A stretch of 64,000 bases of DNA from Macrostomum hystrix (Eukaryota > Animalia > Platyhelminthes). Where the stretch lies: contig CATNEN010000025.1 of assembly GCA_950097015.1 (NCBI GenBank), positions 8,308,001 to 8,372,000 on the forward strand, written 5' to 3'. This document shows, one piece after another, positions 48,716 to 64,000 of the stretch; the stretch's first letter is position 1; each line of letters opens with the position of its first letter. Under the pieces are notes generated by a model that searched no databases, had not been told where the DNA came from, and saw nothing but the letters and a program-made list of their open reading frames with translations. The position numbers were made by a program, and so were the translations under genes.

Positions 48716-49344
48716 CCGTCAAAAGTCTTACTCGCATTGACAATAATCATAGTTTTCGTGAGGCCAAACCAGTTTTGTATTTCTGGCTCCTCAGCCTCAA
48801 AAATGTGTGTCTTAAAAAAAGCTTCCCTTATCACCCTTCTCAAACTCAGAGTCATAACAAGCAATGTACGCTTTAATTCTTTTAATTTACAGTTTGTATT
48901 TAAATTTAAGGCCCCCAAAACGGACCCAAGCATTCATACCACCTTATAGACTAGAAGCATCTGCCTACTTTAAGTAAGGCTATTTGCGTTACTGTTCTCG
49001 AAGTTAAAATATGCCAAGAAAGAAATCTGGTTAATAAATGAACGTGCGCGTGTTTAAAGCATTGTGTTCAATAATTCGATTTCTGCCACATTTTTTACTT
49101 TTGTTCTGAAATTATAGAAAGCACAGAAATGAAATGAAGTGTTTAGGCATACGACTATATTAAATAATAAGCTAACCCATGCCGCGTGGGACTTTACGCT
49201 GTACCAAATTGGAACGAGTTTGGATTTGCGATTTCTACGAAATGTTTTACTAAATCCCACTTTAACTTTCTTTTTTACACTTTGGTTTTTCTCTTACAGT
49301 GTAAATAAAATAACAAGCAACTGCATTTTCATAAACTATCGAAG

Positions 49345-59301
<9,957 letters not shown>

Positions 59302-59559
59302 TTGGTCTGATCGCAACCTAATTAAATAGGCTGCTGTAAAGCTGACGTAATCACAAAAATCGTTTCTACTTTTAAAAAAAATCTGATTTTTTTGCCCATT
59401 CTATATTGATCAGTATTCTGTTTAGAAGTGATCTCCTTGCCAAGATTAATGCTGATTTCGTCGTTAACATTACGTTTTAAATGTCCCGTCTCCACATTAT
59501 TTTTCACACTACAATGTTATTAAATAATTTTTATTTTTCATTTTACTGTCAGCTCGTGG

Positions 59560-59815
59560 GTTTTAACCTAAGTCGTTGAAGCGTCGGACTCACGACTTGA
59601 AGGTCGAGGGTTCGTTCTCGACGCCACTAAAAAAACTTTGTTGTCATTTAGCTTCAGTTCACCCAGCTGTTAAATGGGTACCAGCATTAGCTGGGATAAT
59701 TGAGGGTGGGTGTGGCGTCCCCCCAGTCCATGGACTGAACAGCCGTACGCAGCCTTCAGTTGCACCGCGAAATAGCTGCGGCTGTCGGCTGCACATCTGG
59801 CTATAATCAATGCCA
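59560..59815 (+). mobile_element. SINE family 2 copy downstream of SLC12A9
   Basis: gaaggtcgagggttcg head, cacccagctgttaaatgggtacc, ccccagtccatggactgaacagc. Confidence 0.85.
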
Positions 59816-60935
59816 AGCTATTTTTAGTAACATTTAAATTGTAAGTAGTATGATTCTCTCCTAATCAAAATTGAAACTGTCAATAGAAAATATTTATCCA
59901 TTTTTACAATAAGTTATTAAGCAATCCTTGATCCATTGGTAATGTCAGGACTTTTAAAACAAACTGTGATCCGATTTCATAATTTTAAATGGCATAATCT
60001 TTTACCTACACAATTTTATTTTTATTTAATTTTTTCCGAGAAAATTTTCACTGGACTCTAAAATGAAGCCACTCGAATTGAAATGAATTCAATCGAATGG
60101 TATGATGATTGGACAAGCCCACAAATTGTTGAATTAAAAAATAATAAAAAACTTGATTTTGTGTATGATTTTTTGATGTTTTAAACTGTTTTCTTGCTAG
60201 CTTGGCTTGCATTTTTTTATTTCGTTTTTTTCACTCGCATGAAAAAGTTTTATCAGAAAGACGCATTGAAACGCACAAAGACACCAGGGTTCAAGACAAA
60301 CAAATTTATTCACTTATTGGATATATCTTTTTTATACAATGGGATTACCATTTTTACCACGTAGAATCTAAACTGTTTCTTCTCGCGCAGTGGCTAAGTG
60401 TTTATGGGAGTACTTTCAGTGAACAATACATAAAAAACAACAGTCCGATAGAATGATTGATTCCCAATTACCGGATATTTAATCATAATTAGACGCCTAG
60501 AAAATTTTTTTTATCGTATTTTGCGACTTGTTGCAATTTGAGACAGGGAGCCCTGTGATTGGTCAACGCTAATCTTATATATACTTTTCTGGATTGCATT
60601 AGAGGAGTGTGGTGGGCGCCATGTCTGTGGAAATCTCAAGGTCATTCTTTTCTGCGTTTCGGAAAATTCCACTCAAGCCAAATCAAGCGCGAACTTAATA
60701 ATTCGCGCTAAAGCCTCAGCCAGCGTCACTTCTATCTAGCCACCCCACTCCTTGACCTCGAAGCTATCTTCGCTCTAATTGGCTAGTCCAATAGTCTTGG
60801 TGTGGCGTAGTGAGGTGGAGTTCCGCTGAAGTGCCGGGAATCTTTTTTCAGAACATGGAAATTTCCACTGTCTATAAATTATAAGTGATATGAATTAAAC
60901 AAAGTAAAGATAATTGCGTGATTCTAAATCTTATC

Positions 60936-63519
60936 TTATCTCTTGCCCAAGATATGACTTCGCTCCTGAAGCCAGTCATCGGCGGACTTGTCTTCAGTCT
61001 GTTGCTCAATTTCATCGTTGTTATCGACTTCTCGGGCGTCTTCTTTATCGTGAAACGGCTTCAAACTCGGGTCAGTCGCAGCTGCTGCCGACGACGGTTC
61101 AATGAGCCTGATGGTCTCGCTGGCGTCTGACCAGGACTGCAGCTCGCCAGAGGCCATGAAGTAGTAGCAAACGACCGTGACTGCGTGGACACCCGCGGCC
61201 ACCAGGAATACGGTGCGCCACTCCTCCACTGTGCCACGGCGGGCAACCCGGCTGGCCAGGATTGGAGACACCACGCCTTGGAGATGAGCGAATCGATAGC
61301 GCTTGTTAGATATTTGCTTCGATTTAATACTCTTTGGTGGCTACTGACAGTTTTGAGTAAATAGTGCAGTGTGGTTAATGAAAATGTTTACATTTCTCTT
61401 ATTTCCATGGGTTTTTTAATCTCTGAATACAGTAAATATTGTACTTAATCATTCGAAATATTCAAAACAAACGATTATCCCATTGCACTTGCCGGACACA
61501 GTCCCAATGCCGTTAGATAATCCCATGAGGAAGCCGGCAAATCTTGGCGCAATGTCCAAATGATTGACACCGTAGCCGGACATGCCCAGCCCGGTAAATC
61601 CGAATCCCAGGGTGAGCAGAGCAGTGGACAGGTAGGGATTTCGCGACAGTCCAATCACGGCCATGCAGCAGGCCATGGTGCCGAAGCCGAGGCTATTGAG
61701 CAGCTTACGGGTGGACGTTGTGCTCAATAGGCGGCTGCGTAGAATGTCCGCCAGGATGCCACCTCATTGACAGGAAAGGGGGGAAATTTACTTTACAATA
61801 GAATACGGTTGTAAAGAACACGTGTCATTAAATGACGTCACAAAAACATATCTCATTGATAACATGTATCATTAAAACCCATATCTCATTAAAGTACATA
61901 TCTCATTAAAGTACATATCTCATTAAAGTACATATCTCATTAAAGTACATATCTCATTAAAGTACATATCTCATTAAAGTACATATTTCATTAAAGTACA
62001 TATCTCATTAAAGTACATATCTCTCTAAAGGGCAATATAGTAACTTCATCTATTTAATGTCTCTATTAAGTTCTATTTACTTCAAAATTTCGCGCTTACC
62101 AACTGGGGTGAGAGCAGCCATGAGCATAAAAGGGGTCATGAGGTGCAGTCCGACCGCCTCCGAGTCCAACTGAAACACCTTGGCGTAGTAAGCCGGTAGG
62201 CCGATGGTGCTAAACTGGAAGGTCCAGTTGCGGCCAATGTTGGCCAGCACAATGGCCCAGACTGGCCGGGAGGTTACAATCGATCTTATCGGCAGGTGGA
62301 CTGCCGCTGATGTGCCCGGGCCGCCGCCGGAGGACTGTACGCTGTTGGCCAGGATGTACCGCAGCTCCGCCGCGCCAATGGACCTGGGGAGCGGCGGGGA
62401 TTTGGATGGGATTTAAGGTGGAAAAATCGGGATTACTCAATCCTAAAGACTTAAGAGCTTTGGAAGTTTTTAGTTTCTTAGTTCTGTCATTAGGGGATTC
62501 TTTAGGTATTTAAGAAGACGGTTTGAATTAAATTGGGATTTTTTTATGTGAATATTAGAAATGGGGATTTCGGAAAGTGCAAATTTTAGAATTCAGGACT
62601 TTAAGTTGGGATTAAGAAATTGAGTTTTTCAAATTGGAATTTTTTAAGTTGGGACATAAAAACAGGGATTTCAGAAGATAAGATATTGGGTTTTTTTAAA
62701 TAGGGAGCTTAAAAGTTGTGATTTTAGAAGTTGGGACTTTAGACATTGGGATTTGGACGTTTAGATTATAGAAGTTGGGAAGCTTAGAAGTGAGATTTTA
62801 GTGACAGAGCTTTTTGACGTTAAGAGTTTGAAAGGTGAAGGTTTTTTAAGCAGTTAATAATAATAGTAGAAGGGCAGCAGGCACTGGCACATCATTTAGT
62901 GACACTAGACCCGCAGCCAGCGAGGAGGCAATTCTGCCCATTTCGTTGACTCCTGAGCACACACTCACACAGGTGTGTACATCGACCCTGACTTTCTCAT
63001 CGTCAGGCAGTGTACACTGTCACTGTTCGCTCACCGGTCCCAAGAAGGCTGTCCGGGCACAAGGCTCAGCCACGCGGCGGCCCACAGGCAGCCGGCGACG
63101 CCGTAGACATAGAAATTCGCTGGCCAGCCCAGCCGGTCCGTCATCGCCCCCGACAATGGCAGGCCCACAATGGGCCCCAGGGCCATGCCGAAGAATGAAA
63201 TCGTCACCAGCCTGGATCGCTCCATTGCCGGGGCCCAGTAGCGCCACAGGGCGTGGACGCACGGATACAGGCAACCCTCGGCTGCGCCCTGGCCGGCCCG
63301 GACAAGCGAGGCGATCATGAAGGCCAGGCCCGACGGTTCCAGGCGAGCAGCCACCGGCACCAGCAGGTTCAGCGAGCAGGTGACGAGAACGGCTACGCCG
63401 AGCAGTCGGCCCGGCGCTGACAGACGCGAAGCCAGCAGGCCGCCGGGCACGCTGAACAGGGCGTAGCCGACGAAGAAGGAGGCCTCGACCAGGCCGATAT
63501 CGATGCGACTCCAGGCCAC
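60936..63519 (-). CDS. SLC17 anion:cation symporter, vesicular glutamate transporter/sialin-like, 3' portion; exons 63519-63035, 62383-62100, 61762-61493, 61276-60936
   Basis: SFFVGY...PGG, QGAAEGCLYP, WAPAMERSRL, NHLDIAPRFAGFLMGLSN, EEWRTVF, SGELQSW; 5' exons lie beyond the window. Confidence 0.9.
61860..62025. repeat. 17-bp minisatellite (catatctcattaaagta)
   Basis: About 9 copies. Confidence 0.9.
62855..63025 (-). mobile_element. SINE family 1, 5'-truncated copy in SLC17 intron
   Basis: Reverse complement matches the 3' half and (att)n tail. Confidence 0.88.
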
Positions 63520-63754
63520 CTGGATGGCGGTGGGGAGAATTTCAGGTCAGGGATTCGGGATTCGATATTTAACCCTTGACTTCTCGGATAAAATATTAAA
63601 AGACATTTGGGATACGGAATTCGCGATTTGCGACTGAAAAGTTAGGATTAGGGTTTAAGGATTGGAGAAAGACCAATTGGGATTTAATCTTTGAAATTAC
63701 AAACTGAGCAGTTGGAATTCTGTTCTTTGGTATTAAAAATCGAAGAGCTAGGAT

Positions 63755-64000
63755 TAGGTCTTTGGGATTAGAGAATGAACAGATGGGATTAGGTCTTTGG
63801 GATTAGAGAATGAACAGATGGGATTAGGTCTTTGGGATTCCAGAATGAACAGATAGGATTCGGTCATTGGGATTTCAGAAAGATTAGTTGGGATTCGGTA
63901 ATTGGGATTACAGAATGAACAGATGGGATTCGGTCTTTGGGATTCCAGAATGAACAGATGGGATTCGGTCATTGGGATTTCAGAAAGATTAGTTGGGATT
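63755..64000. repeat. About 35-bp repeat (gggattcggtctttgggattccagaatgaacagat)
   Basis: Several copies running to the window end. Confidence 0.8.

Overview
Eukaryotic (animal) genomic DNA: GC-rich exons, AT-rich introns and very dense minisatellites. The style suggests a free-living flatworm such as Macrostomum, which is inference only. Host genes read from the sequence: 3' exons of an unidentified minus-strand gene, a monoglyceride lipase-like hydrolase, an LRR single-pass membrane protein split by a frameshift, condensin subunit CAP-G (NCAPG), a U6 snRNA gene with TATA box, SLC12A9 (with a U12-type intron) and the 3' part of a VGLUT-like SLC17 transporter (with a GC-AG intron). Mobile DNA: two Ty3/gypsy Mag-like LTR retrotransposons (one intact with identical LTRs, one damaged), both inserted in tandem repeats; two tRNA-derived SINE families; a MITE-like element; a foldback-like element with inverted minisatellite arms. 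Most notable leads: (i) SINE family 1 carries HDV-ribozyme-like modules in a rearranged order and often sits next to splice donors; (ii) a minisatellite built from a 3' splice site; (iii) a microhomology-joined complex duplication; (iv) the U12 intron. Exon boundaries were inferred by eye; repeat boundaries are approximate.
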